Counted from the first letter of the stretch, positions 1-10,867 are shown. The stretch is DNA of 64,000 nt from Candidatus Dadabacteria bacterium (GCA_963805855.1 CAWDVW010000002.1:640001-704000); one strand, 5' to 3'. The notes: generated by a model not told the origin, from the letters alone. Translations and numbers: made by a program.

Positions 1-795
1 TGGTGGAACCCACTGCTGGTTAAGGAATTATTTAATTCCGGACACCTTGATGTCGTTGCCTTTCCTTTTGTTTTAGGATCCTTGCTCCTAAATCTAAGAA
101 AAAATTACCTCTGGTCAGTGGTTCTTTTAACATTATCCATTGGTGTGAAATTGTGGCCGATCGTGCTCATACCCCTGGTACTAAGACCCTTAACTGAAGA
201 TCCAAAGCGCTTATCCCTTGGAATTGGAATCTTCGTTTTAATCCTCGTCGCTTTAATGATTCCTTACTACACGACCGGGATAGATGAAAGTTCCGCGCTA
301 CTCGCTTTTGGACAGAGCTGGCAGAATAACGATTCAATATTCAAAATACTTGTCTGGGGTTCTCAATTGATTTTGGAAATGTTGGGAAAACATCCGGGCC
401 ACGGGCAACTTATGGCAAGGATACTAGATTTAACTCTCATCACTGGATTGATTCTTTATATAAGTTCTCGATGTGTTAAACAGCCAAAAGAGCTTTTCGA
501 AAAATCTCTTTTGATAATAGCAGCAGTCTTTCTACTAATTCCCACTCAATTTCCATGGTACTATACCTGGATGCTCCCGTTTCTGGCCGTCGCCCCAAGA
601 CGATCCCTCCTGCTGCTCACTTCACTTCTCCCTCTTTATTATATCCGCTACTATTTGGAACCAAGGGGGATGGTATCATATTTTAATTACGCAGTCGTGT
701 GGATCGAGTTTGTGCCCGTTTGGATTCTCTTAATACTCGAATGGCACTCTGAGAGAAAAGCAATACTCCCTGGACAAATGAGAATTGTCACGTGA
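1..795 (+). CDS. GT-C fold membrane glycosyltransferase (GT87/DUF2029-like), 5' truncated by window edge
   Basis: Frame is open from base 1 (WWNPLLVKELFNSGHLD...). WNPL..E...SGH.D, VKLWP and PTQFPWY motifs; multiple TM segments. Confidence 0.7.
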   Translation, partial: WWNPLLVKELFNSGHLDVVAFPFVLGSLLLNLRKNYLWSVVLLTLSIGVKLWPIVLIPLVLRPLTEDPKRLSLGIGIFVLILVALMIPYYTTGIDESSALLAFGQSWQNNDSIFKILVWGSQLILEMLGKHPGHGQLMARILDLTLITGLILYISSRCVKQPKELFEKSLLIIAAVFLLIPTQFPWYYTWMLPFLAVAPRRSLLLLTSLLPLYYIRYYLEPRGMVSYFNYAVVWIEFVPVWILLILEWHSERKAILPGQMRIVT

Positions 796-1746
796 TTAAT
801 TTTCAGAAGAACCAGATGATCTTTTAAGATGAAATTGATTTATTATATCTTTTAACTCCTTTTTAATCTTTTCAGCCTCGTTCTTGCCTATCTCTATTAT
901 GTGCTCGGCCCGATGAAAGTCTGACACCCCTACTCCGGTAAGATCCGGTCTTATCAGAAAGTCTACCGGAAAGCGCTCCAGAACATGGCTGATCAGTTGT
1001 TTCTGATTTATTAATATACTTCTCTTTAAGATACTAACAACACTAAGCTTATCGAAAATATGTTTGATATCTTTTTCATCTATTGATTTATTCTTATCAG
1101 TCTTTGCAAATGATTTATTGATCTCATAAATCGAGCTTAAACCCGAATCAACGTTCATTGAGTCCGAATCGTTCCTTTTCCTGTGAACTCCGGGACGATC
1201 TATTGATCCGGTAATAACGTCCACACCAACAACAAAATCTGAACCAAGTTCTCTGACCGCTCGAACTGGAAGAGGTTCCAATATTCCTCCATCAACCAGA
1301 AGCTTGTTATTAAGCACAACAGGAATAAAAAGGCCGGGAATTGCAATGCTTGCGCGGACTGCTGATATAAGATCACCCTCTGTGAAGGTGATGACCTCTC
1401 CGTTATTCAGATCAGCACATACCGCAGCATATTTTTTACTTAACTCCTCTATTTTCTCCTTCTCTAAGGATTTTTTCAAAAATCTTATTATCTTCTTGCC
1501 GGTCATAAAACCCTTTTTCGACAGGGTAGGACTTAAAAGCAGTGGGATATCTCTCAATTTAATTCCAACCGCACCTTGTTGTAAGTTTCCTAGCTTGTCA
1601 GCAGCATAAAAGGCACCGACGAACGCGCCCATGCTAGTCCCAGACACAGCACTAAAGTCAATTCCTGCCTTTTCCAAAACGCTTAGAACCCCTATGTGGG
1701 CAAATCCCTTAGCCCCGCCGCCACTGAGGGCAATTCCGAGTTTCAT
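796..1746 (-). CDS. Patatin-like phospholipase (RssA/NTE family)
   Basis: LSGGGAKG glycine loop, GTSMG nucleophile elbow, DGG motif. Confidence 0.92.
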   Translation of the reverse strand: MKLGIALSGGGAKGFAHIGVLSVLEKAGIDFSAVSGTSMGAFVGAFYAADKLGNLQQGAVGIKLRDIPLLLSPTLSKKGFMTGKKIIRFLKKSLEKEKIEELSKKYAAVCADLNNGEVITFTEGDLISAVRASIAIPGLFIPVVLNNKLLVDGGILEPLPVRAVRELGSDFVVGVDVITGSIDRPGVHRKRNDSDSMNVDSGLSSIYEINKSFAKTDKNKSIDEKDIKHIFDKLSVVSILKRSILINQKQLISHVLERFPVDFLIRPDLTGVGVSDFHRAEHIIEIGKNEAEKIKKELKDIINQFHLKRSSGSSEN

Positions 1747-2128
1747 GTTTAATATTTAACCATACTTTTTATCAAATTTATTGATTCCCCGTTAGAGGGC
1801 CATGCGCAAGGCATAGAAAAGCAATCCCCACCTTAATCCTCCCCATTAGATGGGGAGGAGGGTTTTATTCCATCCGAGGCCATAAGGAACAGGGTCTCTC
1901 ATTAAAATTTTGAAGAGTACGAGCTTATTGCCGCATCGGACCCACCACCGATGCCCGTTCGGGGAACGGGGCCTACATTTTGGTAGCCCACGATCTCCTG
2001 AATGCCGAAGGGACAGCCGGTATATTAAGTTTAATTATCGTTCCAGATATACAGAGGAATCTCCTCCTGGGTTAGAAAAGACCACCAGCTGATAGGCGGG
2101 ACATTCGTCTCCCAATTAATTAGATGAT

Positions 2129-3295
2129 TCATAAGGAGCTCAAAAAATCCTTTATTAGCGGCGTGAGCTTCTCATGTTCGATAAGGAACGAATCATGGCC
2201 ATAGGGTGCGTCGATGTCGTGATTTACCACAAAAACATCATTTGCCCTAAATGCCTCCACCAACTCCTTCGATTGGTATGAGGGATAGAGCCAATCAGAT
2301 GTGAACGAGGCCACAAACACCTTAAGAGAACCCGCCCGTTTAAGGGATTCTTCAAGACTATTATATCCTTCTGCGGCATCATACAAATCTATAGAACGCA
2401 TAAGGTAGATATAGCTATTGGCGTCAAACCTTTGGACAAACTTGCTCCCCTGATATAACAGGTAATTTTCGATTTCAAACTTGCTGTCCAGTCTAACCTT
2501 CATCGTGCTTGGGTCATTGTGGCTCCTACCAAACTTCTCCCACAGCAATCTGTCGCTAAGGTAGGTTATGTGCCCCAGCATTCTAGCAATAGCAAGACCT
2601 TTGTTCGGCGGCTCTTTACCATAGTAATTTCCACCATCCCAATTCGGATCATCCATAATAGCTCGTAGACCGACCTTATGCATAGCTATAGACTGAGGGG
2701 TTGACCTCGCGGCGGTTGCTATCAGGATTATCGAATCGACCATTTGTGGATAAAGCAGTGCCCACTCGATGGCCTGCATTCCACCCATCGATCCCCCGGT
2801 AATAGCGCGGATGCGATTAATTTCCAGATGATCTATGAGTTCCCTTTGTGTGCTAACCATATCGCGTATCGTAACCAACGGGAAGGATAATCCATATGGT
2901 TTTCCCGTTTCGGGATTAGTAGAGGAGGGACCGGTGGTGCCGTAGCAGCTACCCAGAATATTTGCGCAAATAACAAAATATTTACTGGTATCGAATGCTT
3001 TGCCCGGCCCAATCATAACATCCCACCAACCAGGGTATTTATCATCGAGGGAATGTCTACCAGCTGCATGCGCATTCGCGGTGAGGGCATGTTCCACGAG
3101 TATCACATTGTCCCGATTTTCATTTAACTCACCATAGGCCTCATAGGCGATGGTGATCGGCCCAAGCTCCTGACCATTTTCCAAAGTTAATTTTTTGGGC
3201 GGATGTGCAAAGATATATTTCTTGGTTTCGACATTTCCGACGGAACCGTGCTCAACTACTATTACAGGTGACTCACCAAATTCCTGAGAAGACAT
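2129..3295 (-). CDS. metX: Homoserine O-acetyltransferase
   Basis: HALTA, GGSMGGMQ, RFDANSY, SDWLYP, GHDSFL motifs; adjacent to metY. Confidence 0.95.
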   Translation of the reverse strand: MSSQEFGESPVIVVEHGSVGNVETKKYIFAHPPKKLTLENGQELGPITIAYEAYGELNENRDNVILVEHALTANAHAAGRHSLDDKYPGWWDVMIGPGKAFDTSKYFVICANILGSCYGTTGPSSTNPETGKPYGLSFPLVTIRDMVSTQRELIDHLEINRIRAITGGSMGGMQAIEWALLYPQMVDSIILIATAARSTPQSIAMHKVGLRAIMDDPNWDGGNYYGKEPPNKGLAIARMLGHITYLSDRLLWEKFGRSHNDPSTMKVRLDSKFEIENYLLYQGSKFVQRFDANSYIYLMRSIDLYDAAEGYNSLEESLKRAGSLKVFVASFTSDWLYPSYQSKELVEAFRANDVFVVNHDIDAPYGHDSFLIEHEKLTPLIKDFLSSL

Positions 3296-3324
3296 TCTTT
3301 AAATAATAAGCCCCAAATATAGTT

Positions 3325-4620
3325 TCATGCCTTTACCTTCTGTGACTTTTCCAAGGCCTGATCAATATCCCATAGAATATCATCAAGCGTTTCCAGACCT
3401 ACCGAAATTCGAATCATGTCCGGAGTTACGCCAGCAAGTAATTGCTCTTCATCATTCAACTGTCTATGTGTCGTCGAGGCAGGATGAATAATCAGAGTTT
3501 TCGCATCTCCGACGTTTGCGAGATGACTTAACAACTGTAGGCTTTCTATGAACGCTACGCCGGCCTCCTGCCCTCCCTTAATACCAAACGTAAAGATTGA
3601 TCCGGCACCCTTGGGAACATATTTCTTCGCAAGCTCATGATAGCGACTGTCTTTGAAACCGGAATAGTTCACCCAGGTAACCGATGGATGATCCCTCAGG
3701 AATTTCGCAACAGCCATTGCATTAGAGCAGTGTCTTTCCATTCTCAAGTGTAGGGTTTCTAGACCCTGGATAAAGAGAAACGAATTAAACGGGCTAAGAG
3801 CTGGACCAAATGTACGAAGCGTCTCAACGCGCGCTTTCATTATGTAGCCAAAGTCTCCAAACGTCTCATAGAACCTGATACCGTGATACCCTTTCGAATG
3901 CTCCATCATAACCGGGAAGTTTCCATTGTCCCAGGGAAACTTTCCAGATTCTATGATTACGCCCCCAATTGACGTCCCATGTCCACATATAAATTTGGTT
4001 GCTGAGTGAACTATTATATCGGCACCAAATTCAATTGGCCTGCAAAGGTAAGGCGTTGCAAAGGTATTATCAACGATTACTGGTATGCCTGCTTCGTGTG
4101 CTATATTTGCAACTGCCTCAATGTCAAGAATATTCCCCAACGGATTGCTTATCGTTTCCGCAAAGATTGCCTTTGTATTTTTGGTTAGAGCGGCTCTGAA
4201 ATTCCCGGGATCATCGGGGTTAACAAATTTTGTCTCTATTCCAAGCTTCCTGAAACTCACGTCAAACTGTGAGTATGTGCCTCCATAAAGCGTGCTTGAT
4301 GAAACCAAATTATCTCCAGATTGCAAAATGGTAAATATTGATACCATTTGTGCGGCCATTCCAGAGGCCACAGCCAACGCTCCCCTGCCACCCTCAAGCG
4401 CAGCCATCCGCTCTTCGAAAACCGCATTGGTGGGATTCATAATCCGCGTATAAATATTCCCAAACGTCTGAAGATTGAATAAGCTTGCAGCATGGTCAGA
4501 ACTATCAAAAACATATGCAGTTGTCTGATATATAGGAACCGCGCGCGCGCCTGTTGCAGGATCTGGCAGCTGGCCAGCATGGAGACAAAGTGTTTCAAAA
4601 CCGAATTTTCTATCTGGCAA
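3325..4620 (-). CDS. metY: O-acetylhomoserine aminocarboxypropyltransferase (sulfhydrylase)
   Basis: PIYQTT, YTRIMNPT, HSATKF PLP lysine, HLANVGDAKTLIIHPASTTH; TTG start with GGAG SD. Confidence 0.95.
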   Translation of the reverse strand: MPDRKFGFETLCLHAGQLPDPATGARAVPIYQTTAYVFDSSDHAASLFNLQTFGNIYTRIMNPTNAVFEERMAALEGGRGALAVASGMAAQMVSIFTILQSGDNLVSSSTLYGGTYSQFDVSFRKLGIETKFVNPDDPGNFRAALTKNTKAIFAETISNPLGNILDIEAVANIAHEAGIPVIVDNTFATPYLCRPIEFGADIIVHSATKFICGHGTSIGGVIIESGKFPWDNGNFPVMMEHSKGYHGIRFYETFGDFGYIMKARVETLRTFGPALSPFNSFLFIQGLETLHLRMERHCSNAMAVAKFLRDHPSVTWVNYSGFKDSRYHELAKKYVPKGAGSIFTFGIKGGQEAGVAFIESLQLLSHLANVGDAKTLIIHPASTTHRQLNDEEQLLAGVTPDMIRISVGLETLDDILWDIDQALEKSQKVKA

Positions 4621-4652
4621 TTTTTCTCCAGTAGTAATTCACTCACGGATTA

Positions 4653-4751
4653 ACAGGATGCACGATTCATGATGCATGATGCACGATACAGGATTGATGA
4701 TGAATTTTTCTCTTAGATGGTGAATCCTGTATCATGTATCTTGCATCCTGT
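4653..4751. repeat. Inverted repeat built of GATNCAN heptamers
   Basis: Left arm acag-gatgcac-gattcat-gatgcat-gatgcac-gatacag-gatt; right arm aatc-ctgtatc-atgtatc-ttgcatc-ctgt. Confidence 0.8.
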
Positions 4752-4752
4752 A

Positions 4753-5223
4753 CTAAAAAGGTAACCACTTCGGTCTCTTAGACGATATGATACCTCTATT
4801 TACACCAACAAAATTAAGTCCACCGAACAGACGTGCGTGTTCTATCTTCAGACAACGATCCATCACTACATCAAGTCCGGCGCCTTCTGCAATTTTTGCT
4901 GCTTCCCAATTTATAACACCAAGTTGCATCCAAACAACCTTTGCCCCAATTTTAATAGCCTGTTCTACAATGGGAGGTACATCTTCTGGCTTCCTGAAAA
5001 TCTGCACTACTTCCACAGGTTCAGGTATTTCAAGAAGGCTCGGATAACATTTCTCCCCCAAGATTTCCTGGTAGGCGGGATTAACAGGGATAATCCTGTA
5101 ACCATGATCCTGAAGATACTTTGCTGCAAAAAAACTCGGACGATACCAGTTTGCCGACAATCCCACGACTGCAATGACATGATTTTCTTTTAAGATGCGC
5201 CCTATTCTCTCTATATCGTACAT
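4753..5223 (-). CDS. CoA-binding protein (YccU family)
   Basis: IAVVGLS, GYRIIPVNP, VWMQLG, VVMDRCLKIEH; ATG at 5223 preferred over GTG at 5244. Confidence 0.9.
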   Translation of the reverse strand: MYDIERIGRILKENHVIAVVGLSANWYRPSFFAAKYLQDHGYRIIPVNPAYQEILGEKCYPSLLEIPEPVEVVQIFRKPEDVPPIVEQAIKIGAKVVWMQLGVINWEAAKIAEGAGLDVVMDRCLKIEHARLFGGLNFVGVNRGIISSKRPKWLPF

Positions 5224-5443
5224 TTTCTCAACTGTAGTCCACACCTTAACTGCTATATAATATTTGAAGAATATTATAAATCTACCTTAGAATAATGACT
5301 ATCCGCAAATTCTAATTAGAATACTGGTATGTTATTAAGATGGTCGAATGCGGAATTTAAAGAAATTTAGGTTATATTTATGGACACAATTTGGGTTGAT
5401 TATTTATAATTAATGGGTAAAAATTAGTCATAATTTAATTGTA

Positions 5444-5986
5444 ATGAAAAACGCCTTAGGAAGTTTACTTCTTACCTATCTCTCTCTAATCCCCATCCTC
5501 AACTTTGGCTGCGGCGACGTGAAAACTTCTTCATACTTCACCCCTCCACAGAGTAAATTAGACAAATATGAAGCATTAGAAATATTTGACTTTGAGACGG
5601 CAATCCCGGATTTCCCAAAAGAAGCATTAGCCAAAATACCTGACGATGTTGAAAGACTTTTAAAAACCGACAAGGATTCATTCAAAGAGGTAAGCCGTGG
5701 GAATATCGAGCAAATCCCTGCCGATAAGACCCTGGTGCTTCTTGGCGAAGTCACCAATTATGTTCCTGGCACGGATTTCAAGTTTGAAGGCGGAGCAGTC
5801 AAATTCGGCGAGGTCACTGTATCTTTAAAGCTTGCATTGGTACAAAAAGACTCGGGAATAGAAATCACATCTGGCGAGGTAAGCGGCTTCAGCTCACTTG
5901 CAATCCTCAGGTCCGGCCATCTGGGCAAAGATATGTATGAAATTATAGCCAACGAAATAGTAAAATTTATTTCTGAAAATTATTGA
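5444..5986 (+). CDS. Putative lipoprotein (DUF4410-like)
   Basis: Signal peptide ending NFGC; compact alpha/beta domain. Family assignment is tentative. Confidence 0.6.
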   Translation: MKNALGSLLLTYLSLIPILNFGCGDVKTSSYFTPPQSKLDKYEALEIFDFETAIPDFPKEALAKIPDDVERLLKTDKDSFKEVSRGNIEQIPADKTLVLLGEVTNYVPGTDFKFEGGAVKFGEVTVSLKLALVQKDSGIEITSGEVSGFSSLAILRSGHLGKDMYEIIANEIVKFISENY

Positions 5987-6028
5987 ACAAGAAATTAAAA
6001 TCATGTAAAAATATCGACTAACGGGAGG

Positions 6029-7102
6029 ATGGACATGACACACATTAAAAAGATTCTGAAAAAAATTCACACATTACCATTCCTGGCCATATTTATTAGT
6101 ACCACTGTTGTTTTCGTCAACTTAGCAAAGTCCGAGGACGACACCGGTCAGAATAAAACAGATACTAGCACCCTAAGTGCTAAGGACTATTATGAAACTG
6201 GAAGAAAAGAATATCTGAAATTTACCCCTCAGGGTTTCAACAACGCCATAGAAAATTTTAACAAAGCACTCACGATCGATCCCAAATTCGCCCCAGCATA
6301 CGCAGGCCTTGGAGAGGCAAATTCATTCATTGGCTTTTACAGGCTGGAAGTAAAGGATGAGTATGAGAAATTTTTTAATCAGGCATATCAAAATATCCTC
6401 AAAGCCCTCCAATACGGCCCTAACCTCTTGGAAACGCAACGAGCTCTTGCCATAAACTATCTCCACCTTAGTAGAGAAAATGATGCCAAAGCGGCTGCTA
6501 ACCGTGTTTTGCAGATAAATCCAAATGATGCCGAAAGCTATTATGTAATTTGGGCCGCTAATGGGAAAAAACCCTCCGACCAATCTATCTGGAAGGCTCT
6601 GATTCTTGATCCTAATCTCGTCATGGCTCATGTTGATCTAGCAACGGCTTACTTTTTTAACACGCGAGACTATAACAAGGCGGCCGATCATTACAAAAAG
6701 GCGGTAGATTTAGCCGATTCCCCACAGTTGCATAACTATCTGGGAACAACATTCAGGTCGCAAGGCTATTTCCCAAGGGCAATAGAAGAATACAAGAGAG
6801 CTATTGATCTTGATCCCAACTTTGCCCCGGCTCACATGAACCTTGGAATTACCCTTTTTTATATGAATAAATTTAATGAGAGTATCGAAAGAGAGAAGAA
6901 GGCGATTTCTATAAACCCAAAATATCCCGATTCCTACTTTTTCCTCGCACGCGGCTACGAAGCCACAAATAACCCTCAAATGGCAATTAAAAATTATAAC
7001 CTGTTTCTTGACCTTGTAAGCGAGCAGGAGAACTATTTCAATTATATAGGAACCGCAAAGAAGAATCTCGCAAAGCTTCAGGGTGGCTCGTACAACAAAT
7101 AG
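6029..7102 (+). CDS. Secreted tetratricopeptide repeat protein
   Basis: Signal peptide; repeated TPR motifs (AL.IDP.FAPAY, AIDLDPNFAPAHMNLG). Confidence 0.9.
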   Translation: MDMTHIKKILKKIHTLPFLAIFISTTVVFVNLAKSEDDTGQNKTDTSTLSAKDYYETGRKEYLKFTPQGFNNAIENFNKALTIDPKFAPAYAGLGEANSFIGFYRLEVKDEYEKFFNQAYQNILKALQYGPNLLETQRALAINYLHLSRENDAKAAANRVLQINPNDAESYYVIWAANGKKPSDQSIWKALILDPNLVMAHVDLATAYFFNTRDYNKAADHYKKAVDLADSPQLHNYLGTTFRSQGYFPRAIEEYKRAIDLDPNFAPAHMNLGITLFYMNKFNESIEREKKAISINPKYPDSYFFLARGYEATNNPQMAIKNYNLFLDLVSEQENYFNYIGTAKKNLAKLQGGSYNK

Positions 7103-7233
7103 TAATTCACGTAAAACAGTATTCCATAGGAAGGCGAACCCTGCTAAATTTGTTTACCAATAGCCTTTCCCGCAGTCGGTAAGTAAAATGTTGTTGCGAC
7201 TTTTATCGGTTATTGTGTAATATTGTTATTTAG

Positions 7234-7575
7234 ATGGACCGTCAGATTGGTGATAATTCCAACCTAGTAAAACTTTCATTTGGATTAGAATCTAGCGCAA
7301 GTCTTTGGAATATAGTTTTTGAGGGATTCGATCAAGATGTAATCTTAATAGCTAGATTCGAGGGAAAAGATCTAAAATCCAGAGATCTACTTAACAGATT
7401 TGGCTACATACTTAACAAAAAATATCCAGACTGTGTAATCGATCCTACCGGATCCGGACTTTCAATCAAAAAGTCATTCCCAATGTATGACATATCAATC
7501 ATACGTGAATGGTCAGTGCTCATGAACAGCATACGAGAAGAAATAATAGGGCTGATTGGACAATCAGGGTGTTAA
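7234..7575 (+). CDS. Hypothetical protein
   Basis: 113-aa ORF with ATG start; no recognisable motif. Confidence 0.5.
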   Translation: MDRQIGDNSNLVKLSFGLESSASLWNIVFEGFDQDVILIARFEGKDLKSRDLLNRFGYILNKKYPDCVIDPTGSGLSIKKSFPMYDISIIREWSVLMNSIREEIIGLIGQSGC

Positions 7576-7943
7576 ACTATTAGGCTTATGAAACCTTTCT
7601 CATACCGGTAAGTTTTTTAATGCAAAGAGAAAGGAACCTTAAACTCTAAGAAGATAATAGCTATCTCTCCCTCTCTTCGACAGAGTCGAAAAAGGAAATG
7701 GGAGCTCGGGAAATAGCATTACGTAAAAAGGAGCAATCTCGGATCACCAAAGAAGATCTCAGAAATCACATTTTACACGGCATCAATGCTATCTTTTACC
7801 ACTTTTGACAACAAGATACTGAAGCAGGGGGAATTCTCAGGAATATCTCACAATAGAAAAATAATCTAGGCCATCCCGGAGACGGGATTCAATCATAAAC
7901 CCGTACCTTGCGACATGATAAACGATTACAAGTTCTTGCATGC

Positions 7944-8727
7944 TCATATGACAGTAACGTCACCTGCAATTATCCTCTCGACCTTCCCATTGTCCCTTCT
8001 TATAACTAAAAATCCATTTTGATCTAGGTCGCATGCTATACCTTCAATCAAATTACGATCGATCCTAACCCTCACCCTCTTATTCAGATCTCCCCCACCT
8101 TTTTTTCCACTCATCTATGATTGTCGCCTTTCCTTTGCTATTTAACTCCTCGTACCACTTCTCAAGCAGGTTTATCAAGTTCGCTGCAAACTCAGACCTA
8201 TCCACCTCATGACCCAATTCTTCCCTCACAGAAGTAGCAATCTCTGAAACCTCGCCCATCAAATTATTCATGACCACTCGTGTCATATTCAAGTTTATTC
8301 CTAAACCAACTAAAACAAACTCAACTCGCTCTCCGCCAAGCTCCATCTCCGTTAAGACTCCAGCCACCTTCCTCCGATTTATGAGTAAATCATTGGGCCA
8401 TTTTATCTGACACTTAATCCCATACGAATTCACAGCTTCAAAAAGAGCAACAGAACTCACCAGTGTCAGTATGCTAGCATCTTTCGAGGAGATGGACGGT
8501 CGAAAAATTATTGACATATAGAGGTTAAAACCAGGCGGTGAAATCCACTTCCTCTGAAGCCGCCCCCTCCCTTTCGTCTGCGTGTCCGCGATAATGACGG
8601 TTCCTTCAGTTGCACCTTCCTTCGCTAGATCAAACGCGACATCATTGGTTGATTCCACTTCACGATAGAACCTTATGACCCTACCGAATGTCTTTGTCCT
8701 CAGATGCTTATTTATAAGCCTTTCCAT
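7944..8727 (-). CDS. birA: Biotin--protein ligase (no N-terminal HTH), with a +1 frameshift near 8092-8106
   Basis: STND, QTKGRGRLQRKW, KWPNDL, KVAGVL motifs. The C-terminal domain (GDLNKRVRV...GFLVI...IIAGDVTVI*) continues in another frame to TGA at 7944-7946. Confidence 0.9.
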
Positions 8728-9155
8728 TTAATTATATTTATAATAAATAAAGACAATGAACGCAAGCGTTCCGAATTGAGAAGAGGTGGTTACCCATGCT
8801 GACCTTAATTTTACCTCAAATTAATAACCCTGCTGCCAGCCGTAGGGTATCGGCTCAGAAAGCATCAGTCTCTTCAGCCTTTGCGAGGAACCGTGAATCC
8901 TCAGTTTATGAAGGCTCGAACGGGTCGAAGCAATGTAAAACAAAAGACTAAGATCACAACGCTAACGGTCGCAGTCACAGAATAGGGTGCGAGCAAATTG
9001 CTTCGCGCAGTCTACACTGAGCGGGTCAAACTGCTCAAATGACAGCGGAAGCCCTGTAATATGCTACAGGGAATTATCGAGTTAAATTAAGAATTATCAA
9101 AATATTAGGAACAGGCGAAAAATGTGTTATATTATTTAGCTATCAGGAGGAAAAA

Positions 9156-9326
9156 ATGAAAAAAACAATAATCACAATGTCAGTTGTACTAGGACTTGCC
9201 CTTGGAGGGATTTTCAATCTCGTATCTTTCACAGATGTTACAAAAAGCGCGGTAGCTTGTGGCGATAAGGACAAAGGCGCATCGGATGATACAGACACCA
9301 CTGATGACTCGAGTGCTCAAACATGA
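9156..9326 (+). CDS. Small secreted acidic peptide (56 aa), absent from ORF track
   Basis: AGGAGG SD; MKKTIITMSVVLGLALGGIFNLVSFTDVTKSAVACGDKDKGASDDTDTTDDSSAQT. Confidence 0.75.
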   Translation: MKKTIITMSVVLGLALGGIFNLVSFTDVTKSAVACGDKDKGASDDTDTTDDSSAQT

Positions 9327-9752
9327 ATGTTTTCTAAATTATTCGGGCTTGTATCTTTATAAGATGCCCTACCCAATCCTAGGCATTAATTAAGCCATAC
9401 ATGCATAAGGAGTGTTGACGATAGGATTGGGTTTCATTACGAGCACTTCGAGGGTCCTGTACTGAGTAAAATCGAAGTGGTCAGTACAGGCTCTAGCGAA
9501 GTAATTTGATGTACTGTCATTGCCGCGGATATTTAGCGGGAATCCAGAAAAGCAAATGGATGCCCGATTACAGTCCTCGGGCATGACACAATATAGAGAT
9601 TGCTTGAATTTCGGAGTTCATCGGTCGACTGAGCTCATGTAAAGTGTCAGTCTCGCAATCAACAGCGGCGACCTCAAAGTAAACTGAAAAGGATTCGCAA
9701 ATTAAAACTGAAGCATCGCGTGGCTAGCGCTTTAAGATTACGGAGATCTGGG

Positions 9753-10664
9753 ATGATCGATTTAACCTTAAACATTTGGAAAAGATTGCTTCAAATTTCA
9801 TTAGCCTTCTTTATCGCAACTGTATGTTTTGGCAACTATCCCGCCATTATTGCCTTTAACAAAAATGCGATTGCTTCCGACAACCAACCTGAAAGCGATT
9901 ACATTATTGAAGACTCTGTCTCAACGAGTTCTCAGATAGACAAAATTGATCCAAAAGCAGATTCACTGCTTAAGGAAATGAGCGACTTTCTCGGAAGCAA
10001 ATATAAGTATACATTCAAGGCCGATATAATGTATGATGAGATATTAGATTCCGGAACAAAACTACAAAGATCAGCATCGGAAAAGGTTTTTGTTCAAAAG
10101 CCAAATAAAGTTTATATAGAGTATATTAGCGATGTTAGCGGACAGAAATTCTGGTATCATGACAGCAATGTGACAATACTGGATTTGCCAAGAGGTGTCT
10201 ACTCAAAAATAGTCGTCGCTGACTCTATTGATCCGGCTTTCGAAGGACTTTTAAAGCAATACAATTATTCACTACCTTTTAGTGAGCTGCTTTTCGTTAA
10301 TCCTTATAAAATACTCTCGAAAAATGTCGAGGCTGGCTATTATATAGGTTCGAGCGTCGTTTTTGGTGTGCCTTGTAATCACCTAGCATTTGTTGACAAG
10401 AATGTGGACTGGCAGATATGGATAGAAGATGGTCAACTGAAAGTTCCGAGAAAAATAGTTCTTACTTATAAAAAGGTTCCAGGATCTCCGCAATTTATAG
10501 CAATACTTAAAGACTGGATTTTTGATCAACCTTTTTCACATTTTCTTTTTAAACCTGATATCCCAAAATATGCTAAAGAAACCGACATGAGCAAAACGCC
10601 TAATAGTTTAGACAGCAATCTTGGAAGAATAAGGGGCTCTGTTGGAAATTCCCAAACAAATTAA
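9753..10664 (+). CDS. Periplasmic DUF2092-family protein
   Basis: Signal peptide; GVPCNHLAF..VDWQIWIEDG...PRKIVLTYK...GSPQF motif. Confidence 0.8.
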   Translation: MIDLTLNIWKRLLQISLAFFIATVCFGNYPAIIAFNKNAIASDNQPESDYIIEDSVSTSSQIDKIDPKADSLLKEMSDFLGSKYKYTFKADIMYDEILDSGTKLQRSASEKVFVQKPNKVYIEYISDVSGQKFWYHDSNVTILDLPRGVYSKIVVADSIDPAFEGLLKQYNYSLPFSELLFVNPYKILSKNVEAGYYIGSSVVFGVPCNHLAFVDKNVDWQIWIEDGQLKVPRKIVLTYKKVPGSPQFIAILKDWIFDQPFSHFLFKPDIPKYAKETDMSKTPNSLDSNLGRIRGSVGNSQTN

Positions 10665-10811
10665 GCCAAAAAAAAGACACCCTGAAATAAGGCATCACTG
10701 CTACAATTTTCATTTAAATTTGGCGACTTACAAGAGAACTTTCTCTAAATTGAGAAGCTGTAGCCAATCAATTAATAGAGTTTTATGATTGCGAAACCAC
10801 TCATTATTTAT

Positions 10812-10840
10812 TTGACAATCTTAAGGCCATGCTATAATAT
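10812..10840 (+). promoter_or_regulatory. Sigma70-type promoter upstream of tRNA
   Basis: TTGACA at 10812 and TG-C-TATAAT at 10830-10838. Spacer is 15 bp, or 17 bp to the overlapping TAATAT. Confidence 0.55.
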
Positions 10841-10867
10841 TCTAGGTTTTGCAATACCAAATCCTTT

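Noticed and set aside
1826-2113. 60-aa ORF at 1910 and GC hairpins
   Set aside because: The ORF runs through degenerate palindromic repeats between patatin and metX; not credible as coding.
5224-5443. SAM riboswitch or T-box upstream of met genes
   Set aside because: AT-rich divergent promoter region with no recognisable riboswitch consensus.
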